Positions 9,627 to 18,100 of a stretch of 64,000 nt of DNA are shown here, piece by piece; position 1 is the stretch's first letter, and every line of letters starts with the position of its first letter. This stretch comes from an uncultured delta proteobacterium (GTDB lineage: Bacteria; Myxococcota; Kuafuiibacteriia; Kuafuiibacteriales; Kuafuiibacteriaceae). The notes beneath the pieces were generated by a model. It made no database searches. It saw only the letters and a list, made by a program, of their open reading frames with translations, and was not told the DNA's origin. The translations under genes were made by a program, and so were the position numbers. Where the stretch lies: contig CAWDML010000001.1 of the NCBI GenBank assembly GCA_963803435.1, positions 3,008,001 through 3,072,000 of the forward strand, given 5' to 3'.

Positions 9627-11375
9627 TTACCTGCTGCTTTCAGGTGCGCGACGCCGGCGAGGAAGGAGCGCCGCGAAGAGGAACGAGACCACCAGCATGC
9701 CGAACGCCCACGGGAGCGCGCGGGCGGCGAAGCGCGGTGGGTCCTCGACCGGAGGAAACTCGGCGACGACCGTCGAGCTCCGGACGCGGTCGGGGTGGCC
9801 GCGATGGCAGAGCTGGCAGTCCTGGATCGCCGGGTGGTCGGGCGCGTGGCACTGGCCGCAGGCGTTCCGGATGCTGCGGCCGTCGGAGCGAGCGGCGTGG
9901 CAGCGGAGGCAGGCGACGCCCTCGGACTCGTGGCGGACGTGGAAGGCGACATCCGCGGGAGCATCAATCCGGAACTCGGCCACCAGGCGCGGCGCGGTGC
10001 GCACGAGGTTCTCGTGCGGGTTCTCGTGGCAGCGGTTGCAGTCGAGGATCGCGGCGGCGGCCGGGTGGAACGCGGCGCCGCGGTGCTCGATGTGGCAACC
10101 GACGCACTCGATGTCGGCGGCCACGTGCCCGCGCGTGGGGCGGTTGTCGGGGTGGCAATCGAGGCAGCGCAGCGTCGAGATCCGACCGGCGCCCACGTGG
10201 CAGGCGGTGCATTGATCGCGGTCGAGCTCGGCGGCGCGCGCGCGGAAATCTGCGGACTCGTGCGCGCGGGAGAGGCGGTTGCCGGCCAAGATCTCCGAGT
10301 CGCCGCTGGCCAACATCCACCCCGTCATCACCAGCCCGATCAGGATGGCGAGGATTGCGCTGCGCGCCCGGAAGACACCGCGGTCGAGGTCGGAGGTGGC
10401 GTACCAGACCAGCTCCGACGCCTTCTTCTTCCTCCTGAGCTCGGTGGTGGGGCGATCGCCGAGCGGGCGTCCGATCATGCCGAGGTTCTGCGTGGCGGCT
10501 CGCGCCGGCTGCTCGGTCATGCTGGGCGGCTGAAGATCGAGGCCGAGGCAGGTCGCCCCCAGCACCACCAGGATCGCGTAGCTGCCGACGCTGAGGACGT
10601 CACCGTCGGAGAGCCGCTCCTCGACCACGCGCCGTCCGTTGAGGAACGTGCCGTTGGAGCTGCCGACGTCGCGGATCAGGTAGCGGCCCTCGCGGTGGTC
10701 GACCACCGCGTGACGGAACGAGACGCCGGCCTCGTCGATGACGACGCCGCTGCCGTGCTCACGTCCGATCGTGACGGGCACGGTCCAGAACGGATCGAGC
10801 CGACCGTCGCGCTGCACCACCACCTTGGCGCCCTGTCCCCCGCCCGCGACCACGTCCTTGAGCTTGGCGGCGGCGGCGACGAAGCGGTCGTCGATCTGGA
10901 GCTCGGCGGCGCGCTGCTGGACCGCGGTCTTCTGCTGGCCGAGCGCGAGCATCCGGGTGGCGTTGACGATCGTGAGGCCCCGCTGCCGGGGCGCGATCTC
11001 GGTCTTGATCGATCCGATCGCGAGCATCTGTCCCCGTGCCGGGGCGTCGTTCGCGATCAGCTCGACGTCGGCGCTCTCGAGATCGACGTCGGCAAGCTGG
11101 AGGATCGTCTCCCCGATCTGCAGATGATCGCCGAGGACCAGCCCGGCGCGGCCCGCCACGCGATGGCCGTTGATCAGCGTGCCGTTGGAGGAGCCGAGAT
11201 CGAAGACGGAGAAGCCGTTCGAGGTCCAGTCGACCTCGGCGTGGCGCTGAGAGAGCTGCGCGTCGTCGAACGTGACCGTGCACTCGGGCGAGCGTCCGAT
11301 CGTGATCACCTGGCCCTGGACCAGCTGGATCGCCTGACCGCGGTACGGACCGCTGATGACCTCGAGGACGAACAC
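9627..11375 (-). CDS. Tandem-FHA, membrane-anchored multiheme cytochrome c (7 CxxCH)
   Basis: Two FHA domains (IGR...S.RHA...D.GSSNGT), a TM helix, CTACH/CLDCH/CVGCH/CNRCH/CLRCH/CGQCH/CQLCH, and a C-terminal TM helix. Confidence 0.85.
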   Translation of the reverse strand: MFVLEVISGPYRGQAIQLVQGQVITIGRSPECTVTFDDAQLSQRHAEVDWTSNGFSVFDLGSSNGTLINGHRVAGRAGLVLGDHLQIGETILQLADVDLESADVELIANDAPARGQMLAIGSIKTEIAPRQRGLTIVNATRMLALGQQKTAVQQRAAELQIDDRFVAAAAKLKDVVAGGGQGAKVVVQRDGRLDPFWTVPVTIGREHGSGVVIDEAGVSFRHAVVDHREGRYLIRDVGSSNGTFLNGRRVVEERLSDGDVLSVGSYAILVVLGATCLGLDLQPPSMTEQPARAATQNLGMIGRPLGDRPTTELRRKKKASELVWYATSDLDRGVFRARSAILAILIGLVMTGWMLASGDSEILAGNRLSRAHESADFRARAAELDRDQCTACHVGAGRISTLRCLDCHPDNRPTRGHVAADIECVGCHIEHRGAAFHPAAAAILDCNRCHENPHENLVRTAPRLVAEFRIDAPADVAFHVRHESEGVACLRCHAARSDGRSIRNACGQCHAPDHPAIQDCQLCHRGHPDRVRSSTVVAEFPPVEDPPRFAARALPWAFGMLVVSFLFAALLPRRRRAPESSR

Positions 11376-13580
11376 TTACCAGAGCACCACCGTCATCAAG
11401 TGTCCGAGCAGCAGCGTCACCGCGATCGCCGAGGAGACCAGATGCATGGGCAGCCACGAGGTCAACAGCAGCTCGAAGGTCTGGCGCGAGGCGAGGATGC
11501 GAGAGAGCGCGATGTTCTCGCCGATACGGAGGGCCAGCGCGTGATCGGTCTCGGTGAGCGCCGGGAGCTTGCGGGCGCGCGCCTCCAGGGTGGCGCCCAG
11601 CTGTTTCGGCCCGATGCCGCGGCGCAGATAGGAGAGCCCGCCCTGCACCAGCTGGGCGGCGTGCTGCTCGATCTTCCTCCCGCGCTTCTCGTCGACGCCT
11701 GCCAGGAGCTCGGCGTTCGCATCGAGGAGCTCACGGATGCGCGGACCGACGTCCTCGGGGAGGAGCGCCTCATCCTCGGTGGCCGCCAGGAAGCGCGGGA
11801 TCCAGGCCGAGGCGAGCTGCCCGCCGATCCCCACGATCATGGAGAGCGTGATCATCGAGAGCAGGAGCGAGGTGAGCACGGCGGTGGCGCCGTAGTTGGC
11901 GTGGAAGAGGATCACGCCGTAGAAGAGCCCGGCCACCACGGCGTGCACGCGGGCCCAGACCGCCAGCGAGCCGAGCTTGTGGGTGCGGAGCCGCTTCCGC
12001 AGCCCGATGGCGGCGAGGAGCGCGATCATGGCGGCGCCGGCCACACCTGCGTAGAGACCGAGCCCGCTCCAGCTGGTGGCGTGGGTCGCGCGGTGAAGGA
12101 CGAAGCCGCCGATGGTGCTCACCGCCAGCGCGACCGCCTGGAGGACGCCGGTGACCGTGCCCGAGCGCCGCTTCTTGCTGGTGGTCTTGGCGGCCTGCGG
12201 CGTGCCCTCCTGCGTGATGGTCTTCGGCGCGATCGCCCGCAGCTCGTCGAAGTACATGCGCGGATCGATGCGGAGGACGGCCTCGACGGGACAGTTGTAG
12301 ACGCAGGCCGCGAACTCGCGCTCGAAGCAGACATCGCACTTCACGGCGACGAGATCCGACGCGTTGTCGACCGACGCCTTGCCGGCGCGCGCCATCGAGA
12401 TGTTGCCGAAGTCGCAGTTGCGCGCGCAGCTGCCGCAGCCGATGCAGGTGTCCTTGATGTAGACCTCACCGCCGATGTCGCGCGCGATCGCGCCGGTGGG
12501 GCAGCCGACCATGCACTCGGGCGTGGCGCACTGGAGGCAGCTGGTGGGGAAGTAGAGGTTCTCGTGGCGGCTGCTGGCGACGTCGCTGCGGCGGGTCATC
12601 TTCTTGCCGCGCCGGGCGATCCGGGAGAAGCCGTGGAGGTCGTCGCAGGCCTGGACGCAGTTGCCGCAGCGGACGCAGACGTCGAGGTTGATGATGAGCG
12701 CGGAGCGCGCCTGTCCCAGGCCCGCCTCCAGAACGTCGCGCACGAACCCCATCGAGGTCTTGCTCTTGAGGAGCCCCGACTGCTGGGCGGTGCGGCTGAG
12801 GCTGTAGCGACGGAACTCGGAGAAGAGCTCGGGCGCCTTGAGGTAGAGGCTCCACACGGTCGACCGCGGCACCACGACGCACTCGACCGGCTCGACCGCG
12901 ACCGCGGTGGTGGCGTACGGCGCCGACTTGGTGGCCTCTTCGTCGCCGAAGAAGTCCTCAGGCCCGAGATACGCGACGATCTCCTCGCCGCTCCCTTGGA
13001 CGCTGCGGCTGATGCGAACGAAGCCGGTGCGGACGATGAAGAAGGCCTGAGCGGGCTGGCCCTCGGTCGCGATCACGTCGCCCTTGGAGAAGGTCTGGAG
13101 CGTCGAGGTCTCGACCAGCATCTGGCGCGAAGCCTCCGCGAGCCGGCGGAAGAAGCGGCTTTGATCGACGAAGTTGAGGATCGCGTTGTGCGTGTAGAGA
13201 TCCTCGAGACGCTTCCTGACCTGCCGGTAACGGCGGAGCGTCTGATCGAGGTGGATCTTGCGCAGCTCCAGCATGTCGCAGTTGACCCGTGCCTTCACGG
13301 ACGCCTTGCGCTCGCCGCGGCCGAGCAGCGCCAGCTCGCCGAAGTACTCACCGGAGCGAAGCCGGCTGATACGCGTCACGCGACCGTCGCCGCCGAGCGC
13401 CTCGACGGTGGCTTCGCCGCGCAGGATCACGAAGAAGCTGTCGCCGTACTCTCCCTGGCGCACCACGTAGTCGCCGGCGGAGAACTCCGCCAGACGACCG
13501 GCCTCGAAGAGGCGTTGAATGGTCGCGTCGTCGACGCCGTCGAAGAGGGAGACTCTCCTCAGGAGCTCGGGACCGCTCAA
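11376..13580 (-). CDS. Tandem cNMP-binding domains plus four-cluster 4Fe-4S ferredoxin plus His-containing membrane domain (start uncertain)
   Basis: GEYFGELALLGRGERKASV (cNMP cassette); CVRCGNCVQAC, CLQCATPECMVGCP, CIGCGSCARNC, CDVC...CVYNCP; several TM helices with His (RVHA, LFHA, PMHL, LGHL). Confidence 0.85.
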   Translation of the reverse strand: MSGPELLRRVSLFDGVDDATIQRLFEAGRLAEFSAGDYVVRQGEYGDSFFVILRGEATVEALGGDGRVTRISRLRSGEYFGELALLGRGERKASVKARVNCDMLELRKIHLDQTLRRYRQVRKRLEDLYTHNAILNFVDQSRFFRRLAEASRQMLVETSTLQTFSKGDVIATEGQPAQAFFIVRTGFVRISRSVQGSGEEIVAYLGPEDFFGDEEATKSAPYATTAVAVEPVECVVVPRSTVWSLYLKAPELFSEFRRYSLSRTAQQSGLLKSKTSMGFVRDVLEAGLGQARSALIINLDVCVRCGNCVQACDDLHGFSRIARRGKKMTRRSDVASSRHENLYFPTSCLQCATPECMVGCPTGAIARDIGGEVYIKDTCIGCGSCARNCDFGNISMARAGKASVDNASDLVAVKCDVCFEREFAACVYNCPVEAVLRIDPRMYFDELRAIAPKTITQEGTPQAAKTTSKKRRSGTVTGVLQAVALAVSTIGGFVLHRATHATSWSGLGLYAGVAGAAMIALLAAIGLRKRLRTHKLGSLAVWARVHAVVAGLFYGVILFHANYGATAVLTSLLLSMITLSMIVGIGGQLASAWIPRFLAATEDEALLPEDVGPRIRELLDANAELLAGVDEKRGRKIEQHAAQLVQGGLSYLRRGIGPKQLGATLEARARKLPALTETDHALALRIGENIALSRILASRQTFELLLTSWLPMHLVSSAIAVTLLLGHLMTVVLW

Positions 13581-13647
13581 AACACTTTCATCCCGCGAAA
13601 CCGGTCGGATCCGCAAGGTGACTCGATCGACGTCCTGGAGTATTCGT

Positions 13648-14550
13648 GTGGGAGTGGCCGTCTCCGTACTGGTCTTCGCGCTGGCCCTCGCGACCCAGGC
13701 CGCCCCGCCCAAGGACGTCCGCGCCGACGTGACGAAACCGTTCTCCCACGACACCCACCTTTCGCAGCTCAGGACGGTCGCAGGGAAGGAGCGGCGGTAC
13801 TCGTGCAGCGACTGCCATACCTTGAAGGCGGTCAAGGACGAGGCCTCCAAAACGGGGGTCATCCCGCGAAGCCAGGACGGCGAGCGCGGGAAGGCCTATC
13901 CGATCTGCGCGTCGCCGCGGATGCCGTTCCCGGCCCACGACAAGTGTATCGGCTGCCACGCCTCGGCGTTCTTCAAGCCGCCGATCGTGATCTGTACCAA
14001 CTGCCATGTCGACGTGAAGATCACCGAGAAGTCGCCGCTCAAGGAGCAGACCTCAGCGCAGGCGCCCTTGCGCACCGAGTTCAGCCACCTGCTCCACCTC
14101 GATCCGACGCAGCGCGTGCGGAAGAAGTTCAAGATGGAGAAGGACTGTAGCTTCTGCCATCGCTTCGTCCGCGGCGGCGAGAAGGTGTTGCTCCCCGAGC
14201 ATCCCCAGTGCTGCGAGTGCCACACCCAGCAGGACGTCGAGCCCAACATCAACGACTGCGCCGGCTGCCACTCGCGTCCGAGGAGCGAGCCGAACCCTGC
14301 GTCGATGGTGAAGAAGTTCAGCCACGCCCAGCACAAGACCGATCCGGCCACCAACCAGTCACTGGGCTGTCTCCGTTGCCACTTCGAGGTGCCGCGATCG
14401 CAGAAGATCGCCACCCTCATCCTCCCGAAGATGGCGACCTGCGTGGAATGCCATCAGGGCGAGCTGGCCTTCAGCTATGCGGAGTGTCTGAAATGTCACG
14501 AGAAGGGGATCGAGGCGCGGCTGGTGCCGCCGACGCATAAGATCAAGTGA
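13648..14550 (+). CDS. Periplasmic nonaheme cytochrome c (three c7/c3-like triheme repeats)
   Basis: Signal peptide; nine CxxCH motifs grouped after three FSHxxH motifs; GGAG upstream of the GTG at 13648. Confidence 0.88.
   Translation: MGVAVSVLVFALALATQAAPPKDVRADVTKPFSHDTHLSQLRTVAGKERRYSCSDCHTLKAVKDEASKTGVIPRSQDGERGKAYPICASPRMPFPAHDKCIGCHASAFFKPPIVICTNCHVDVKITEKSPLKEQTSAQAPLRTEFSHLLHLDPTQRVRKKFKMEKDCSFCHRFVRGGEKVLLPEHPQCCECHTQQDVEPNINDCAGCHSRPRSEPNPASMVKKFSHAQHKTDPATNQSLGCLRCHFEVPRSQKIATLILPKMATCVECHQGELAFSYAECLKCHEKGIEARLVPPTHKIK
13841..13897 (+). repeat. Intragenic hairpin repeat element, copy 1 (in frame in the cytochrome)
   Basis: Core 13857-13897 ggtcatcccgcgaagccaggacggcgagcgcgggaaggcct matches the reverse complement of 32275-32315 at 40/41 positions. 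Confidence 0.85.
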
Positions 14551-14553
14551 GGA

Positions 14554-14964
14554 TCAGCGGGAGGCTCGACCCTTCTTCTCCCGCTCGAGCTGCTCCTTGT
14601 AGGAGACCGAGTAGCGGGTCCAGGGACGCGCATCGAGGCGCGCACGGCTGATCTGCTCGTCGGTCCCCTCACAGATGCCGAACGTGCCCTCGTCGAACTT
14701 GCGTAGCGAGTAGTCGATCTCGCGCAGGAGCTTCACCTCCTTGTCGAGGAGGCGCATGTTGAACGCCTCTTCGGTCGCGCGGTTCGCTTGATCCATCTCC
14801 TCGATCAGATCGTTCGCATCGTCGATCCGAGCGGTGCTGGCCCGCTCTCGGATTCGTGCGCCGACCTCGTCACGGAGCTCGAGAAGTCGCTTTTTATACT
14901 TGTCGAGCTCTTTCTTGCTGAGCGGCTTTTCTTTGTCGCCCTTTTTTCGCGGTGTCGTGACCAT
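14554..14964 (-). CDS. DksA/TraR-family RNA polymerase-binding factor with degenerate zinc finger
   Basis: Coiled-coil tip EEMDQA, LLREIDYSLRKFDEGTFGICEGT, RLDARPWTRYS; AAAGGA RBS upstream of the ATG at 14964. Confidence 0.85.
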   Translation of the reverse strand: MVTTPRKKGDKEKPLSKKELDKYKKRLLELRDEVGARIRERASTARIDDANDLIEEMDQANRATEEAFNMRLLDKEVKLLREIDYSLRKFDEGTFGICEGTDEQISRARLDARPWTRYSVSYKEQLEREKKGRASR

Positions 14965-15124
14965 CGGCATTCCTTTCGCCGGAAACTCCCCGTCATGTCG
15001 GGCTGTTGCCCCGGGGAGCGCGGATAGATACCAGAAAACCGCCCACCTTTCCACCCCGCCCGCCCCCTTTTGAGGGGCAGGCCGTCGTATTTACTCTGGA
15101 AACGGCCCTTCCGAAGGTGGCCGA

Positions 15125-18100
15125 GTGAGAGATGTGCCGATCGCCGTCGTCGGGCTGGCTTGCCGGTTCCCAGGTGCCAACGACGCGGACACTTATTGGG
15201 AAAACATCCTGAAGGACGTTTATTCCATCGCACCCCTTCCACCGGAGCGCTTCCACGAGGCGCGCTACTTCGATCCCGAGATCGGCGCGTACGGGAAGAG
15301 CTACTGCATGCTGGGCGGGCTTGTCGATCCACCCACCTTCGATCCCGCAGCGTTCCGCATGCCGCCCAAGGTCGTCGCGTCGACGGACGAGGCGCACCTG
15401 TGGGCGCTCGACGTGGCGCGCTGCACCTTCGAGGACGCCGGCTACGATCTCGCCGCGATCGAGGGCGCCAACATCGGCGTGGTGATCGGCCACGCCCGCG
15501 GCTCGATGCTGACTTCGGACATGGGCTTCGCCACCGCCGTCGAGGGCATGCTGCCGGCCCTCCGCGACGTTCCGGCCCTCCGGGAGCTCTCCCTCCCGGA
15601 GCTGGAGCGGCGCGTGGTCCGCGCCATCCACGACCGCTACCCGAAGCGTACCGAGGACGGTGGCACCGGCACCATGACCTCGGCCCTCGCCGGGCTGATC
15701 ACGAACACCTTCGGGCTCACCGGCCGTCACATGGTCGTGGACGCCGCCTGTGCTTCGAGCTTCGCGGCCCTCGACATCGGGATCTCCGGCCTCACCCAGG
15801 GCCGTCTCGACGCCGCCCTCGTGGGCGGCGCCAGCTACTCGCAGGAGATGTCCGTGGTGATGTTCGCGCAGTCGCGCGCGCTCTCGCCCGACGGCTCGTA
15901 CCCCTTCGATCAGCGCGCCAACGGTTTCATCAGCTCGGACGGCTTCGGCTTGGTTCTATTGAAGAGACTCGACGACGCGCTGGCGAACGGCGACCGGATC
16001 CGTGCGGTCATCCGCGGCGTCGCCGGGAGCTGTGACGGCAAGGGAAAGGCGCTGTGGGCGCCGCGCAAGGAGGGTCAGACGCTGGCGATGGCGCGGGCGT
16101 ACCGGATCGCGGGCGTGGACCCGGCGTCGATCGGGCTGATCGAGGGGCACGCCACCAGCACGCCGCTCGGCGATCGCACCGAGCTCGAGGCGCTGCACGA
16201 GTTCTTCCGGAGCAACGGGGGCCCGTCGGCGCCGCTCCCGATCGGCTCGGTGAAGGGCAACATCGGGCACGCGCGGGAGGCGGCCGGCGCGGCCGGCCTG
16301 ATCAAGGCGATCCTGGCCCTCGAGCACGCGACGCTCCCGCCCACCGGAAACTTCCGCACCGCCTCGAGCGAGATCCCGTGGCAGGACCTGGCGGTCGAGG
16401 TGATCACGGCCCCGCGTCCGTGGAAGTCGGACGGCGTCCGCCGCGCCGGCGTGGATGCGTTCGGGATCGGCGGGCTCAACTATCACGTGATCGTGGAGGA
16501 GGCGCCGCGAGCGCGCCCGCAGGTCCCGGTCACCGCAGCCGTCGAGCCGGCCCGGGCGGACATCGCGATCGTCGGCATCGGCGGCAAGTTCCCCCGCGCC
16601 AACACCGTGTCGCGCTTTTGGGAGAACCTGATCGACGCCCGGGATCTGGCCAGCCCGGTCCCGCCCGATCGCTGGGATCGCGCGATCTACTACGCGCCCG
16701 GCGATCGACAGCACTATCGGACCTACCTCGATCAGGGCGCGTTCATCACCGACTTCGAGCCGGACTGGCGCCGCTACAAGGTGCCGCCCAAGCTGATCGA
16801 GCGGAACGATCCGCTCCAGTTCATGATCCTGGAGTCGGCGCTCGACGCGTTTGCCGACGCCGGCATCGACGTCGAGCAGATCGATCGCGAGCGCGTCTCG
16901 GTGATCGTCGGCTCGGTCTTCGGCAGCGACTATGCGCTCGAGCTGTCGCTGGCGATCCGCGCGCTCGAGCTGGCCGAGACGGTGGTGACCGAGGCCGGCC
17001 GACAGGACGACACCGCCCTCTTCGATCAGGTCCTGGCGGCGCTGAGGAGCCGCTTTCCCTCCATCAACGAGGACTCGAGCGGCAGCTTCTCGTCGAGCAC
17101 GCTGGCCTCGCGGACCGCGAAGACGCTGGACCTGATGGGGCCCGCCTACGCGATCGACGCGGCCTGCGCCTCCTCGCTGGCCTCGCTGGAGGCCGGCTGC
17201 GAGCTGCTGAGGAACGGGACCGTCGATCTGGTCGCCTATGCCGGCGCCGATCGCGGGATGCGCGTCCAGCGTTACGAGGCCTACTGCCAGTTCTACGCGC
17301 TCACCAAGGGACAGCCGCGACCGTTCGATCGCAACGCCGACGGGTTCCTCCCCGGCGAGGGTGCGGCGGTCTGCATCCTGAAGCGACTCGAGGACGCGGA
17401 GCGCGACGGCGACCACGTCTATGCCGTGATCAAGGGGGTGGGCTCCTCCGGCAACGGGACCCGCGGCGGGCTGCACAAGCCGAGCGCCCTGGGCCTGTCC
17501 ACCGCGATGAGGCGGGCCGTGGCGCAGGCGCGCATCGATCGGGACGAGGTGCGGTTCATCGAGTGCCACGGCGGCGCCACGCCCCTCGGCGATCGGACCG
17601 AGGTCGAGTCGATCCGCGAGGCGTACGGCGAAGAGGCGCCGCGCCTGCTCGGCTCGGTGAAGAGCAACGTGGGGCACACGCAGGGCGCGGCCGGCGTGAT
17701 CGCGCTGGTGAAGACCGCGCTCGCGATCGACCGGGGCGAGGTACCGCCCACGCGCGGGTTCGAGGAGCCGCACCCCGATCATCGGTTCGGGGAGCAGCTC
17801 CGGGTGAATCAGGTGCGGGAGGCGCTGCAGCCGGGAAGGAGCGGGCTCCTGGCGGCCGGTGTGAGCAGCATGGGGCTCGCCGGCGTGAACTATCACGCGG
17901 TCCTCCAGTCCCACCCGCGGCTGACCGGGCGCGCCGAGAAGAGGAGCACGGTCTTCCGGATCTCGGATCTCAGCCGGCAAGCGCTCCAGGCGCGGCTGGC
18001 GGCCACCGACCCCCACGCGCTGCACGCCGAGGAGCGGATCGGCGAGGGCGCGCACGTGGTGAGCGTGGCAGCGCTCGACGAGCGCGATCTGGAGAGCGCG

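Noticed and set aside
13588-13599. 12-nt match TCATCCCGCGAA to the intragenic hairpin element
   Set aside because: It lacks the GCCAGGACGGC hairpin and the right arm; too short to call a third copy.
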